The notes under the pieces were generated by a model, which did not search any database, was not told the origin of the DNA, and worked only from the letters and a program-made list of their open reading frames with translations. Shown here piece after piece: positions 45,190 to 55,469 of a stretch of DNA of 64,000 nucleotides. The stretch covers positions 1 to 64,000 of the forward strand of contig PSMU01000003.1 of the NCBI GenBank assembly GCA_040290255.1, read 5' to 3'. The position numbers were made by a program, and so were the translations under genes. Each line of letters begins with the position of its first letter. Within the stretch, counting starts at the first letter, position 1. The DNA is from Nitrososphaerota archaeon (lineage in GTDB: Archaea > Thermoproteota > Nitrososphaeria > PSMU01).

Positions 45190-47304
45190 TCAATATTCAA
45201 ATTCGAATTCTGGCTCAGGAGGGGGCGCTTCAGCCCTTCGCACGTGCGAGCCCTCCGCCCTCCTGACGAACCTGTAAAGCTCATTAACGCTCGCATGGCC
45301 GAAGACCTCTTCGTCATGAGTTATGATCACGATCTGCTGCAGCGGGGCCTCGCCGGCGTTGAACCTGTTCAGCAGGGTGACCAGGGCCTCCTTCCTCTCC
45401 CTGTCCAGGTGCGCGGTGGGCTCATCTAGGATGATGAAGTCCAGCCGTCCCTTGCTCGTGAGCGCGGCCATGCCGAACCTCAGCGCGAGGGCGACGGCCA
45501 CCCTCTCGCCCCCGCTGAGCGCGTTGATGCTGATTTCCCCCCTTGGGCCCCTGCAGATGATGTCCAGGGCCCTCTTGCCCTCCCGCAGCTCCAGCGCCGC
45601 GATGCCCAGCTCGAAGAGCCTTACATATTCCGTGGCCCTCCGGGCGATCTCGCCCAGCGCCCAGCTCCTGAGGCTCAGGGCCAGGAGGCCATCCCTATGG
45701 TAGACCTTCTGCCTCATCTCCTCGAGCAGGGCCAAAAGCCGAGCCCCGGGCTCCAGCAGCTGCAGCGCGCGCTCAAGCTGCCGCGCCTCATCCTCTAACC
45801 GCGCGACCTCCGCCTGAAGGGCCGCGATCGCCTGCAGCTTTGCCTCCCTCTGGGCCCGAAGCGTACCCAGCTGGCGCTCCAGCGCCTCATACGCTTCGCG
45901 CTCAAAGGCCCTCGCCTCCTCCTCAAGCACGCTGAGCTGCGCCACGAGCTGCGCCGCGTGCTCGTCCACCGCCAGCGCGCTGAGTGGGAGGCGCTGCAGG
46001 TCCTGCCGAAGGCCCAGCAGCCTCTCCCTCTCCTGCCTCAGCTGCTCGGTTAACTTATCGAGGTCCTCGGGGCCTGAGATGCCTTTGGCCTCGAGCCAGC
46101 TGGCGGCCTCCCTGGCCTCCTGAAGCTCGGCCTGCAGGCGAGCCCTTTGCTCGCCCAGGGCCCTCAGCTCCTCCGCGAGCTGCCTGAGCCGCGCCCTCGT
46201 GCCGCTCAGCTCCTGCTCGAGGTGCGACCTGTCGAAGAGCGGGTTTATCCTCTCCACCCTCGCTCCGCAGACCGGACAGATGCCGCTTCTGAATTCGAGC
46301 CTCTCCGCCAGCTTCAGCTGCTCCTGGAGGCGCGCCTCCTGCGCCTGCAGCTGCTCCAGCAACGCCCTCCTCTGGCCCTCGAGCTCTTCCGCCCGCGCAA
46401 GGGCCAGCTCCAGCTGGGCGCGCTTCGAGCCCTGCTCCAGCTTCGGCGCGGCCCTCCTTAAGGTATCTTCTAGCTCCCGCGCGTGGGCCTCCGCGGCCTG
46501 CTTCCATCGCCGCACGTAGCCGATCAGGCTCTCCTTCAGGCCCGTGTACCTGGCATGCGCCTCCCGCAGCCTCAGCTGCTCCTGCCTCCTCCGCTCCAGA
46601 AGGCGCTCCTCTTCTTCCAGCTTAGCCATCTCCTCCTTGAGCTGGGCCAGCTGCTCCGCCTTCTCCCGGGCCTGGCCCTGCGCGCTCTCCAGTTCCTGGC
46701 GGAGTTGAGGGAGGGCTTGGTCATCGTAGCCACACCTTTCCCTGAGCCTGGCCCTCAGCCCCTTTAGCACCTCGTTCATGGCCTCGTAGGCCCTGTCCAG
46801 GCGGTCTATGCCCACGATGGAGTTGATGAGCTCCTTGAACCTCTTGGGGTCGTACTCGATGATCGCGTCGAGCTGGCCCTGCTGAATGACGGCGGCCACC
46901 CTCAGCTTCTCATAGTCGAGGCCCAGCAGCTCCTGCACGGCCCTGCCCATGGACTCCTCCAGCCCCTTTCTCTCGCCGGCTATGAGGCTCCTGCGCTCCT
47001 CCCCGCGCAGCTCGGCCAGCAGGGCGCCCATGAGGCGCCCCCTTGCATCGAACTTCCTCTCCGCCCTGAACCTCCTTCCGTTCACGGAGAAGGTGACGGC
47101 CGCCCACCCCTCGCGGGCCCCCCTCCTCACCAAGTTCGCGTTCTCCCCCCTTGTATGCTCTCCGAAGAGCGCGTAGGTCACGGCATCTATTATGGAGCTC
47201 TTGCCGGCCCCGTTGGGGCCTACAAAGACATTTACGCCCTCGGCCAGGCGCAGCTTCGTATCTTTGTGCGATAGGAAGTTGACCAGCTCGACCTCCTCTA
47301 ACAT
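45190..47304 (-). CDS. rad50: Rad50 ATPase
   Basis: GPNGAGKS, Q-loop, coiled coil with CPVC hook, LSGGE, LDEPT, ITH. Confidence 0.96.
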   Translation of the reverse strand: MLEEVELVNFLSHKDTKLRLAEGVNVFVGPNGAGKSSIIDAVTYALFGEHTRGENANLVRRGAREGWAAVTFSVNGRRFRAERKFDARGRLMGALLAELRGEERRSLIAGERKGLEESMGRAVQELLGLDYEKLRVAAVIQQGQLDAIIEYDPKRFKELINSIVGIDRLDRAYEAMNEVLKGLRARLRERCGYDDQALPQLRQELESAQGQAREKAEQLAQLKEEMAKLEEEERLLERRRQEQLRLREAHARYTGLKESLIGYVRRWKQAAEAHARELEDTLRRAAPKLEQGSKRAQLELALARAEELEGQRRALLEQLQAQEARLQEQLKLAERLEFRSGICPVCGARVERINPLFDRSHLEQELSGTRARLRQLAEELRALGEQRARLQAELQEAREAASWLEAKGISGPEDLDKLTEQLRQERERLLGLRQDLQRLPLSALAVDEHAAQLVAQLSVLEEEARAFEREAYEALERQLGTLRAQREAKLQAIAALQAEVARLEDEARQLERALQLLEPGARLLALLEEMRQKVYHRDGLLALSLRSWALGEIARRATEYVRLFELGIAALELREGKRALDIICRGPRGEISINALSGGERVAVALALRFGMAALTSKGRLDFIILDEPTAHLDRERKEALVTLLNRFNAGEAPLQQIVIITHDEEVFGHASVNELYRFVRRAEGSHVRRAEAPPPEPEFEFEY

Positions 47305-48440
47305 GTCGCGCTCCCCCGCTCGATCATCTTCCAGAGCCGCTCCGTGGCCTCCGCCGCCTTGCCCTCGGCAAGGAGGGGAAGCAGGTCAAGTATTGCCAGC
47401 CTGGCGCTCTGCTCGCTCCCTAGGATCTCAGCCGCCAGGCGCAGCGTCTCCGCATCTATGTCCGGCGGGGCCGCATAGCGCTCCGGTATGCCCTCCTCCA
47501 GCGGCTGCACGTCCAAGTAAAGCGAGGCCTCCCTTAGGGCGCTAAGGCGCGCCTCCAGGGCCTCCTGCCTGATGCCCTTGCCCCTTACCCTGAGCCTTAT
47601 GATGGGCTTCTTCGCATAGCGGCCCACCTCCTCCAGCAGCGAGCGCACGAGGGTCTCGAGCTGCTCATAGCGAACGTCGAGCACCCTCTGGGGCCGGGTG
47701 GAGCGGAGCCTCACCCACTCCGCCGAAGCCTCCCGAGAGGAGAGGTCCACGATATAGTAGCCCTTCTCGAACCCGGTGCCTCCCTCCAGGCTGGGCTCCA
47801 GCGAGATCACGTCCAGGGAGCCTGGGTAGCACACGGGCCCCCCCAGGCCGGGGAAGCGCTTCTCCCACCTAAAATGAAGGTCGCCCATGGCGTAGTAGTC
47901 AAAGTTCTTCGGCAGCGCCTCGTGGCTCAGGCGGCCCGCGAACTGGTGCGCCTCCCTCAACGTCTGGTGCAGGACGAGCACCTTCTTGCCCTCCAGCCCC
48001 GCCGCGCGGGCCTCCGCGGCCCTGAGCCTTGCCTCCAGCTCCTCCAGCTCGGAGGGCCTGTGCTCCCTAAAGCCCAAGATCACGAGCTCGCCGTCCCTCC
48101 ACGGCTCCTCCCTCTCCACGTACCTGGCCAGGCCTATGCGCTCATAGAGCAGGGCCACCGGCGCATGGGGCAGGCGCGCGATGTCGTGGTTGCCCAGCGT
48201 AAAATAGAAGGAGATCCCCCTCTCCTTCAGGCGCCTGAGCTCCTCGAGCAGGCGGAGCAGCGGCCTCCCGCCAGGCCTTGGGCTGTCGAAGATGTCCCCC
48301 GCGTGTATGACGCACTTCACGTGCTCCCTTATGGCGGCCTCCACGGCTTCGCCCAGCGACTCATAGAGGTCCTCCTCCCTCTCCTCCAGGTTGAACTGAG
48401 CGCGCCCCAGGTGTGTATCAGAAATGTGGAGCAGCTGCAA
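47298..48440 (-). CDS. mre11: Mre11 nuclease
   Basis: SDTHLG, GDIFD, GNHD, LHQ, MGDLH, YPGS. Confidence 0.94.
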   Translation of the reverse strand: MQLLHISDTHLGRAQFNLEEREEDLYESLGEAVEAAIREHVKCVIHAGDIFDSPRPGGRPLLRLLEELRRLKERGISFYFTLGNHDIARLPHAPVALLYERIGLARYVEREEPWRDGELVILGFREHRPSELEELEARLRAAEARAAGLEGKKVLVLHQTLREAHQFAGRLSHEALPKNFDYYAMGDLHFRWEKRFPGLGGPVCYPGSLDVISLEPSLEGGTGFEKGYYIVDLSSREASAEWVRLRSTRPQRVLDVRYEQLETLVRSLLEEVGRYAKKPIIRLRVRGKGIRQEALEARLSALREASLYLDVQPLEEGIPERYAAPPDIDAETLRLAAEILGSEQSARLAILDLLPLLAEGKAAEATERLWKMIERGSATC

Positions 48441-48442
48441 GC

Positions 48443-49924
48443 CTACTCCCTAAGGAACTCCGAGGCGCTTTCCCTGGCCACCTCCTTTCCCCTCCGCCTG
48501 CGGCCCCACTCGTGGACGGCATCGATGTCCCTTCCGGCCAGCTTTTCCTCCGCCTGGTCGAGCATCACGAGCGTGGGCAACGTCACCCAGCGGCCCAGCA
48601 GTATCGCCTCGCCGGGGTTGAGGGAGGGAAGATAGGTGGCCATCTGCTCGCTTAGCTCGCCCGTCGCCTCGATGATGTACTGCTGGTCGCGCGGCTGTGT
48701 AAGGTTCATCACGGCCAGCGAGCCCATCTGGCTCAGTGCGTCCTGGTCCAGCTTCGAGGGCCTCTGCGAAATCAGTATGAGCGCCAGCCCGAACTTCCTG
48801 CCCTCCCTGGCAACCCGCGCTGCGACGGGCTTGGTCCACGTATCTCGGTCCCCGGGGAGAAACGTGTGCGCCTCCTCCAGCGCGCACAGCACGGGGACGT
48901 CGGCGAACTTCGAGCGCTTAGCCTTTTTATCCAGTAGCAGATCATCTAGGTACCAGGCGATGAGCAGGTCCGCTTGGGCCTCGGACAGGTCCGAGAGGTC
49001 GACGATGTTAACGGCATCGGGCCTAAGCGCCTCCAGCGTGCTGCCATATCCCGGTTCCAGGATACGCCCCATCCTCATCAGGGTCTGCCTCAGTTGTCTT
49101 AGCACCGCCTCCTTGGTCTCCTCCTTGGCCTTTTCATCCTGCTCGATGAAGGCCTCCAACCTCTCCCAGTAGCCCTGCGCCTGGTTCCCGGCGCTCCGTT
49201 GGGCCCTCACCACGAGATCCCTCTGTCTACTGGCGGAGGGCCTTATGTCCAGCAGGTCGGCGAGCTCGTCCCCGCTCAGGCGTAGCGGGTCCAGCTTGGG
49301 CTGGACTAGGTGCTTGGCGCGCACCTTAAGTTCGCCGTACTCGCCGTGGTAATCGAAGATGATGATGGTCCCGCCCAGCTCCGAGATGTGCTTAGCGAGC
49401 AGCGCGAGGAGGTTGGACTTGCCGCTGCCCGTCTTGGCCAGGATAGCTAGGTGCCGGCTGGCCACCGCGTTGACGTTAACCTTAACGGGCACGGCGCGCC
49501 TGCGCAGCAGGGCGCCCACCCTCACCCACTGTGGGCCTTGGGGCGAAAAGACCTGGGCTAAGTCGTCCTCCCCAACCTCCTCGACCGGCTCGCCGGGCAT
49601 AGGGGGGAGCGAGGGCTTCATTAGACGGCCCTGCTTAAGCTCCTCCAGCAGGCCCAGCGAGTAGACCTCAGCCGAATAGAGCTTGTCCCTCGGATTTTCC
49701 GAGGCGCTCCGGCTGGTCTCGGCCGCCGATTGGTAGTTGGTCGCCAGGTCGAGCGCGTGGCTGTGGACCGGGGCCCTCTCCACGAGGCCCAGGATGTGGC
49801 CCTCGCCATCGCGCACCCTCACGTATTCGCCCACGCGAATCGGCCTGCCGGCTATGATGCTGAACCGATGCGGCTCGGCGCCGCTGCGCACATAGCCCAG
49901 GGGCCCAGAGCTAGGAGAGGACAT
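48443..49924 (-). CDS. herA: HerA helicase
   Basis: HAS barrel, RHLAILAKTGSGKS, D.HGEY, EEAH, REGRKFG, SQRP. Confidence 0.95.
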   Translation of the reverse strand: MSSPSSGPLGYVRSGAEPHRFSIIAGRPIRVGEYVRVRDGEGHILGLVERAPVHSHALDLATNYQSAAETSRSASENPRDKLYSAEVYSLGLLEELKQGRLMKPSLPPMPGEPVEEVGEDDLAQVFSPQGPQWVRVGALLRRRAVPVKVNVNAVASRHLAILAKTGSGKSNLLALLAKHISELGGTIIIFDYHGEYGELKVRAKHLVQPKLDPLRLSGDELADLLDIRPSASRQRDLVVRAQRSAGNQAQGYWERLEAFIEQDEKAKEETKEAVLRQLRQTLMRMGRILEPGYGSTLEALRPDAVNIVDLSDLSEAQADLLIAWYLDDLLLDKKAKRSKFADVPVLCALEEAHTFLPGDRDTWTKPVAARVAREGRKFGLALILISQRPSKLDQDALSQMGSLAVMNLTQPRDQQYIIEATGELSEQMATYLPSLNPGEAILLGRWVTLPTLVMLDQAEEKLAGRDIDAVHEWGRRRRGKEVARESASEFLRE

Positions 49925-50762
49925 CCCTGGCCCCCGCCTCGGCCTCCAGCCCTAAAAGCGCTGCGACCACGTTCAGGTCCTCCTTCCTTATCCTGACCTC
50001 CCGGTCCACCAGCCGCAACACGTTGGGATAACCGTGGACCTGCTGCGCGCTTAGCAGGTCCATGAGCTCCCTTGCCTCCTGCTCCTTGAGATCAACGGGG
50101 ACCTCCACCCTCAGCGCGGGCACGAAGTCCGCGAGCCGTGCGTAGAAGAAGGAGACCTTCCCCTCCACCTCCGGTTTCGTATATCCCGCCCAGGGGACCA
50201 GCGCGTTGAAGTAGGCCGTATCCCCCAGCTCTCCCCTGAGCAGCTTCGTGCTATAGGAGGCCTTGCTCACGAAGAGGAGCCTCTCCTTCCCCATTAAGTC
50301 GGTGAAGTAGTCGGCCATGCGCGTAGTCCTAAAGCTGCTCAGGTCGTAGAACCTAGCCAGCAGGGAGCCGTCGACCAACACGTAATCGGCCATATCATAG
50401 CACTCCACCGCCAGCTCATGCTCGAAGGCCATCCCCTTGCTCTGAAGGAGAAGCTTGGGCCTTGGGCCCACCCTCTTCCCCTCCCTGAGCGTCAGCGTCC
50501 CCACGTTGACCTCATATCTGGGGGAGCCCACAAAGCTCCCGTCGTCGGCCAGGGCCGCCGCGTCCACGGCATAGAGGAAGTAGCCCTGAAAGGCCCTGTA
50601 ATTCCACCCGCTATCGACGCCCACCATCCTCGCCGGCCTCGGCGAGGGCGTGTAGCGCACCCACAGCGCCTGGGCGCGTTCCCTGAAGCGGGTTATGCCC
50701 TGTAACCTCTGCCTGATCTCGTCCTGCCTTTCGTTCAGTTCGCGGAGCAGCCCCGCCAGCAT
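49911..50762 (-). CDS. nurA: NurA nuclease
   Basis: GVDSG, LVDGSL, VSK, GYT, GYP..L; operonic with herA. Confidence 0.92.
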   Translation of the reverse strand: MLAGLLRELNERQDEIRQRLQGITRFRERAQALWVRYTPSPRPARMVGVDSGWNYRAFQGYFLYAVDAAALADDGSFVGSPRYEVNVGTLTLREGKRVGPRPKLLLQSKGMAFEHELAVECYDMADYVLVDGSLLARFYDLSSFRTTRMADYFTDLMGKERLLFVSKASYSTKLLRGELGDTAYFNALVPWAGYTKPEVEGKVSFFYARLADFVPALRVEVPVDLKEQEARELMDLLSAQQVHGYPNVLRLVDREVRIRKEDLNVVAALLGLEAEAGARDVLS

Positions 50763-50766
50763 GCGC

Positions 50767-52218
50767 CTACTTCGAGCGCCCACTAAAAAGGCTGTTAGCG
50801 GCTCTTCTTTCCCCAAGGGAAGGCGGCGAAGCGGCCTGCCTCTGCCACGAAACCGCCGCCGCGGCAAAGTTCAGCAGCGCTGAGGCTAAGAGGGCGGTCC
50901 GTAGGCCGGAAAGAAAGCCCAGCAGCCCTTCTGGGTCGAGCTCCTTGCCGCCCCCGACGATGCCCACCAGCTCGCTATAGGGCACCGCCGTGGTCATCAC
51001 GGCCAGCGAGAAGGGTATGCTGAGCGATGTGCTGGAGTTTATCACGGTGCTCCTTATGCCGGCGGCCGCACCCCTTTCCCAGCTGGGCACCGCGCCCATG
51101 GCCGAGCTAGCGTTAGGGCTCCTGAAGAGGCCGATGCCGAGGCCCGCCAGCGCGAGGAGGGCAAGGATGCGGGGATACGGCGTGGCCTGATCTAGGCGTG
51201 AGAGGAGGAGCAGTGAAGCGCCGGTGATCACGAGGCCGGCCGTGCTCAGGCCCCTGGCTCCATAGCGGTCCGAGAGCCAGCCGCTGATGGGCCCCACGCC
51301 TATGAGCGTCAGGTCAAGCGGTATCAGCGCGAGGCCCGCCTGAAGGGGGGTCTGGCCCCTCACCAGCTGCAGGTAGAGCGCCATCACGAAGGCCAGCGAG
51401 GCGAACGAGATGCCGTTCAGGAGGTTGGCCAGCACGGCCACGCCGAAGGCCCTTATCCTGAAGAGGCCCAGGTCCACCGCGGGCATTCTGTTTCTCCCCT
51501 CCAGAAGGACAAAGAGCGCGAAGAGGGCCAGGCTGGCGAGCAGCAGCAGAAGCACTTGGGGCGAAGCGATATCGCCGAGCGTGAGGGCGACGAGGGCCAG
51601 GGTCAGTGCGGAGCTGAAGGTCAAGGCGCCGGCATAGTCGAAGGCACCGGCGGGCGAAGTGGGGGCCAGCTCCCTCAGCCTTATGCGGGCCCACGCCGCT
51701 CCAAGAAGGCCTATGGGCACGTTTATCCAGAAGATGGACCTCCAGCCGTAAAGGCTAATGAGCGCGCCGCTCAGCGTATAGCCCACCACGGTGCCGGCGT
51801 TGATCGCAACCTGATTGATGCCTATGCCGGTGCCCAGCCCCCTGCCCGCGAAGGCATCCGTGACGATGGCCATGGAGTTCACGAAGAGGAGGGAGGCTCC
51901 GATGCCCTGCAGAAGCCTGAAGGCCAGCAGCTGGTAGATGCTGGATGAAAGGGCGCAGAGCAACGAGCTGAGGCCGAAGATTATGTAGCCCAGGCTGTAC
52001 AGCTTAACCCTGCCGTACATATCTGAGAGCCTGCCGAGCGGCGCCAGCAGGGCCGTGAGCGCCAGCCTATAGATGGTGATCACCCAGCTGCCCAGGGCCA
52101 AATCCGCGTGCAGGGCCTCCAGCACGGTGGGGAGGCCGACGACGACCACGCTCGCATCTAGGGACGACATGAAGATGCCGACGGTGGTGACCGTCAGGAC
52201 CTGCCAGCGGTACTCCAA
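50767..52218 (-). CDS. MFS transporter (DHA2, 14 TM)
   Basis: LD.SVV.VGLP, GRLSDMYGR, FRLLQG, WRSIFWINVPIG. Confidence 0.94.
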   Translation of the reverse strand: MEYRWQVLTVTTVGIFMSSLDASVVVVGLPTVLEALHADLALGSWVITIYRLALTALLAPLGRLSDMYGRVKLYSLGYIIFGLSSLLCALSSSIYQLLAFRLLQGIGASLLFVNSMAIVTDAFAGRGLGTGIGINQVAINAGTVVGYTLSGALISLYGWRSIFWINVPIGLLGAAWARIRLRELAPTSPAGAFDYAGALTFSSALTLALVALTLGDIASPQVLLLLLASLALFALFVLLEGRNRMPAVDLGLFRIRAFGVAVLANLLNGISFASLAFVMALYLQLVRGQTPLQAGLALIPLDLTLIGVGPISGWLSDRYGARGLSTAGLVITGASLLLLSRLDQATPYPRILALLALAGLGIGLFRSPNASSAMGAVPSWERGAAAGIRSTVINSSTSLSIPFSLAVMTTAVPYSELVGIVGGGKELDPEGLLGFLSGLRTALLASALLNFAAAAVSWQRQAASPPSLGERRAANSLFSGRSK

Positions 52219-52303
52219 CCGGCCGGGCCGGCGGCCGCTCGTCCCTTTTAGGCTTAGCGGCCCTCCAGAACCGCTTAAATAGGGGCCCCGCCGATGAGGG
52301 AAG

Positions 52304-52564
52304 TTGGAAGGGGAGAGGCTGACCAAGAAGGGCAAGGCGATGCAGGCGGAGTCGGGCGAGATCGTGCTCGTGAATGACAAGCGCGTCGCCTATGCGGTGA
52401 ACGAGATAGTGATGATCATATGGGACCTCTTCGATAACAGCACCATCGAGGAGGTGGTCGAGAAGGTGGCCGATATCACCAAGAAGGAGCCCGCCGAGAT
52501 AAGGGAGCCGATTAAGAAGCTGGCCGCTCAGCTGATCGAAGCGGAGCTGCTCGGCCCCACCTGA
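52304..52564 (+). CDS. PqqD-family (RRE-like) small protein
   Basis: Three short strands, then N....IWDL.D..TIEEVV...L..AELL helical pattern. Confidence 0.75.
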   Translation: MEGERLTKKGKAMQAESGEIVLVNDKRVAYAVNEIVMIIWDLFDNSTIEEVVEKVADITKKEPAEIREPIKKLAAQLIEAELLGPT

Positions 52565-52678
52565 GCGACGGCAAGCGGCCCGGAATTTTTAGCGAGCAGG
52601 CCTAGGGGGGCTCATAGATTAACGACCCGTGCCCTTGGCTGGGTCAGAGAGAAGCAATAAAGGAGAAGCTGTCCGGGG

Positions 52679-53623
52679 ATGAGCATGGACAGAAATTCAG
52701 GGGCCTCGAGCAGGGCAGGGGGCCTGCATCTGGGCTTTGTAGCTTCTCTCGCTGCGCTTATCGCGGTGCTCGCCCTGACCGCTTACCTGCTGTTGCTGCA
52801 GCTGATCCCGCCGGGCCTCTACAGCAGGGCCTTCCTGGGCATCGCCGCCTTGGCCTCGGGCCTGCTAGCCACGAGGGCGCTGTCGAGCTACATCGCCTCC
52901 CTTTCGCCCAAGCTCGGGAAGGCCTCCATGACGGTGGCCAACGTCACGAGGATCGTGGGCTATACGCTCTCGGGGCTGGCGGCGCTCTCGCTCTTCGTGG
53001 AGGCGGGAATAGGCGCGCTGGCGGGCGGCACCTTCGCGGGGCTCGTCGTGGGCCTGGCCTCCCAGCAGACGCTGGGAAACTTCTTCGCCGGGCTTTACAT
53101 ATTGCTGACCCGCTTCGTGGAGCCGGGCAAGGAGATAAGGCTGCTAACCCCCCAAGTTCCCTTTCAGCCCGTCCTCTTCCCCGCCTACAAGCACTTCTCA
53201 GCGGACTTCCTGCTTACAGGCATAACCGGCACCGTGCGCGAGGTGGGCCTCTTCTACACGGTCATGATGACTGAGACCGGACTCCTGCTCAAGCTTCCCA
53301 ACAGCCTGGTGCTCTCGTCCGCCGTGGTGGATGTGGAGGGGGGCAGGGGAGGGACCTATACGGTGAGGTACGAGTTTAGCGAGGAGCTCGACCCGGATAT
53401 CGTGCTGGCCAAGGCCAAGGAGGCCCTGGCGGACCTGCGCCATGTGAAGGACGTGCATATCAACGAGCAGAGCGACAAGGCCTATTACATCCTAAGGATC
53501 GGCTTTTCCTGCGACGAGCATGAGGACTGGAGGCAGATTAAATCGGAGATCTTGAGGAGAATGATAAAGCTAAAGGCGGGGCTCATGTCCAGGGCCCCTG
53601 GGGCGGCCAGTAATAAGGCCTAG
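52679..53623 (+). CDS. mscS: small-conductance mechanosensitive channel
   Basis: G..GLVVGLASQQTLGNFFAG, GTV.EVG, PNS. Confidence 0.92.
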   Translation: MSMDRNSGASSRAGGLHLGFVASLAALIAVLALTAYLLLLQLIPPGLYSRAFLGIAALASGLLATRALSSYIASLSPKLGKASMTVANVTRIVGYTLSGLAALSLFVEAGIGALAGGTFAGLVVGLASQQTLGNFFAGLYILLTRFVEPGKEIRLLTPQVPFQPVLFPAYKHFSADFLLTGITGTVREVGLFYTVMMTETGLLLKLPNSLVLSSAVVDVEGGRGGTYTVRYEFSEELDPDIVLAKAKEALADLRHVKDVHINEQSDKAYYILRIGFSCDEHEDWRQIKSEILRRMIKLKAGLMSRAPGAASNKA

Positions 53624-54290
53624 GCCGTGCAGCATGTAGGTCGCGACTATCACGCCGTCCACGTCTATGCCCATGAGCCTTGCCGCGGCCCTGTTATCAC
53701 CCACATAATATACATGGGAAAAGAAGCGAGCCTGATTAAGAAGCAGCCAGAGAACTAAGGCCGCTGCCGTCGCCCAGATGGCCTGAGCAGGCAAGAAGCC
53801 CAGTCTGCCCACTAGGGCTTGAAAGACCGCCACGCCTTATACTGGCCAAGGGCGATGCCGAAGCCCTGGCTGAGGACGTTAACGAGCCCTTGAAGCAAGA
53901 ATAGGGAACCCAGCGTGGCTATAAAGGAGGAAAGGCGGCCCTTGGTCACTACCAAGCCGTTCGCCAAGCCACATAGGGAGGCTACCAGTAGTCCGAGCAC
54001 CAAGCCAGGAGGCGTAGGTCCGAACCTCCGCCAGGTCACGGCCAGAACTTATGCCGCAAGCGACATAACCGATGGAAAGGACAGGGCTATCTCGCCCATG
54101 ATGATAATGAGCGTCTGCGTCAAGGCTACCAGAGTAGTAGGGGGCATCGTAGAAAGGCAAATGGATTGATGAATAGGAACGATGCCCAAGGCAGGAGAAA
54201 GATGGCCGCCCTATCCCCTGCCCTGAACCTGCACACCTGGACCGCCTTCTGCGCAAGGCCCTAGCCGGCCGCGTAAAGGTCTTGCCCAAC
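53620..54290 (-). pseudogene. collapsed remnant of a monosaccharide ABC operon (binding-protein fragment plus RbsC-like permease fragment)
   Basis: Fragments VGQDLYAAG*GLAQKA, GEIALSFPSV, GLANGLVVTK..SSFIATLG, VYYVGDNRAAARLMGIDV with stops and frameshifts. Confidence 0.8.
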
Positions 54291-54361
54291 GTAACCGTTT
54301 CTGCGGGCGAACTATGAGAAGAATGGCCCGCTTGAGCCGAGAGAGCCGCGTATTTTTTGCC

Positions 54362-55468
54362 TCAGCGTATCGTAGACTTCTTGAGCGTGACCCTTTGCAG
54401 CATATCCTGCTTGACGTCGACCCCTATGCCAGGCCTCTGCGGCACGTCCATCGTGCCGTCGGGCTTAAGGGTAAAGGGGGGCTCCACGATGTCCTCCGCA
54501 AAGTAGCGGTCGCTCGCGGAAAGGTCCCCGGGGAGCTTGAAGTTCTCCAGGCTGGCCAGCGCTATGTTATGGGCCCGGCCTATGCCCGTCTCCAGCATGC
54601 CCCCTATCCAGACGGGCACGCTATGCGCCTTACAGAGGTCATGCAGCCGCTTCGAGGCCAGGTGTCCCCCTACCCTGCCCGGCTTGATGTTCACGACCCT
54701 GCAGCTCCCGAGCCTCAGGGCAGCCCTGGCCGCGCCCAGCGAGTCGATGCTCTCATCCAGGCAGATAGGCGTCTTCAGCAGGCCCTGTAGCTCGGCGTGC
54801 GCGACCAGCTCATCGGGGCCCAGGGGCTGCTCTATCATAAGCAGGCTGAAGTCATCCAGGGCCCTCAGCAGCTCAAAGTGCGCCTCCGAATAGGCAGCGT
54901 TTGCGTCGACGGACAGAAGCATGTCGGGGTACGCGCGGCGCAGCTCCCTGACCACCTCCACATCATAGCCGGGCTTTATCTTGACCTTTATTCGCCTGTA
55001 GCCCTTCTCTAAGTAGCGCCCCACCAGGCTAACTAGCTGCGCGGTGCTCGGCTGTATGCCTACGCTCACGCCGCACTCGATGCTCCTCCTGACCCCGCCC
55101 AGCAGCCCGCTCAGAGGCACCCCCTCCTGCTTTGCAAAGGCATCCCACATGGCCATCTCGAGGCAGGCCTTGGCCATGTTGTGGCCCCTTATCCTAGAAA
55201 AGAGCCCGCTCACCTGCGCCGGGTCAGAGACCTCCCTTCCCAAGAGGCTGGGGGCGAGGTACTCCTCGATGACGTGCCAGGCGGTGGCCAGCGTTTCAGC
55301 GGAGTACCAGGGCCCCTCGCCGGCCACGCATTCGCCCCAGGCCTCTATGCCGTCGCAGAGGAGCCTGACGATGAGCGAGGTCTTCTGCTCCTCCCTGCCA
55401 AAGCTCGTCTCGAAGGGAGCGACGAGCGGGAGCCTGATGAGGCGCAGCTCCACCGCCCTAACTATCAT
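54362..55468 (-). CDS. menC: o-succinylbenzoate synthase / N-succinylamino acid racemase (NSAR/OSBS)
   Basis: PFETSFG, KVKIKP, DAN, EQP, DES, NIKPGRVGG, GGMLE. Confidence 0.95.
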   Translation of the reverse strand: MIVRAVELRLIRLPLVAPFETSFGREEQKTSLIVRLLCDGIEAWGECVAGEGPWYSAETLATAWHVIEEYLAPSLLGREVSDPAQVSGLFSRIRGHNMAKACLEMAMWDAFAKQEGVPLSGLLGGVRRSIECGVSVGIQPSTAQLVSLVGRYLEKGYRRIKVKIKPGYDVEVVRELRRAYPDMLLSVDANAAYSEAHFELLRALDDFSLLMIEQPLGPDELVAHAELQGLLKTPICLDESIDSLGAARAALRLGSCRVVNIKPGRVGGHLASKRLHDLCKAHSVPVWIGGMLETGIGRAHNIALASLENFKLPGDLSASDRYFAEDIVEPPFTLKPDGTMDVPQRPGIGVDVKQDMLQRVTLKKSTIR

Positions 55469-55469
55469 G

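Noticed and set aside
45190-50762. HerA/NurA as an antiviral system
   Set aside because: Linkage with mre11 and rad50 identifies the standard archaeal DNA end-resection operon.
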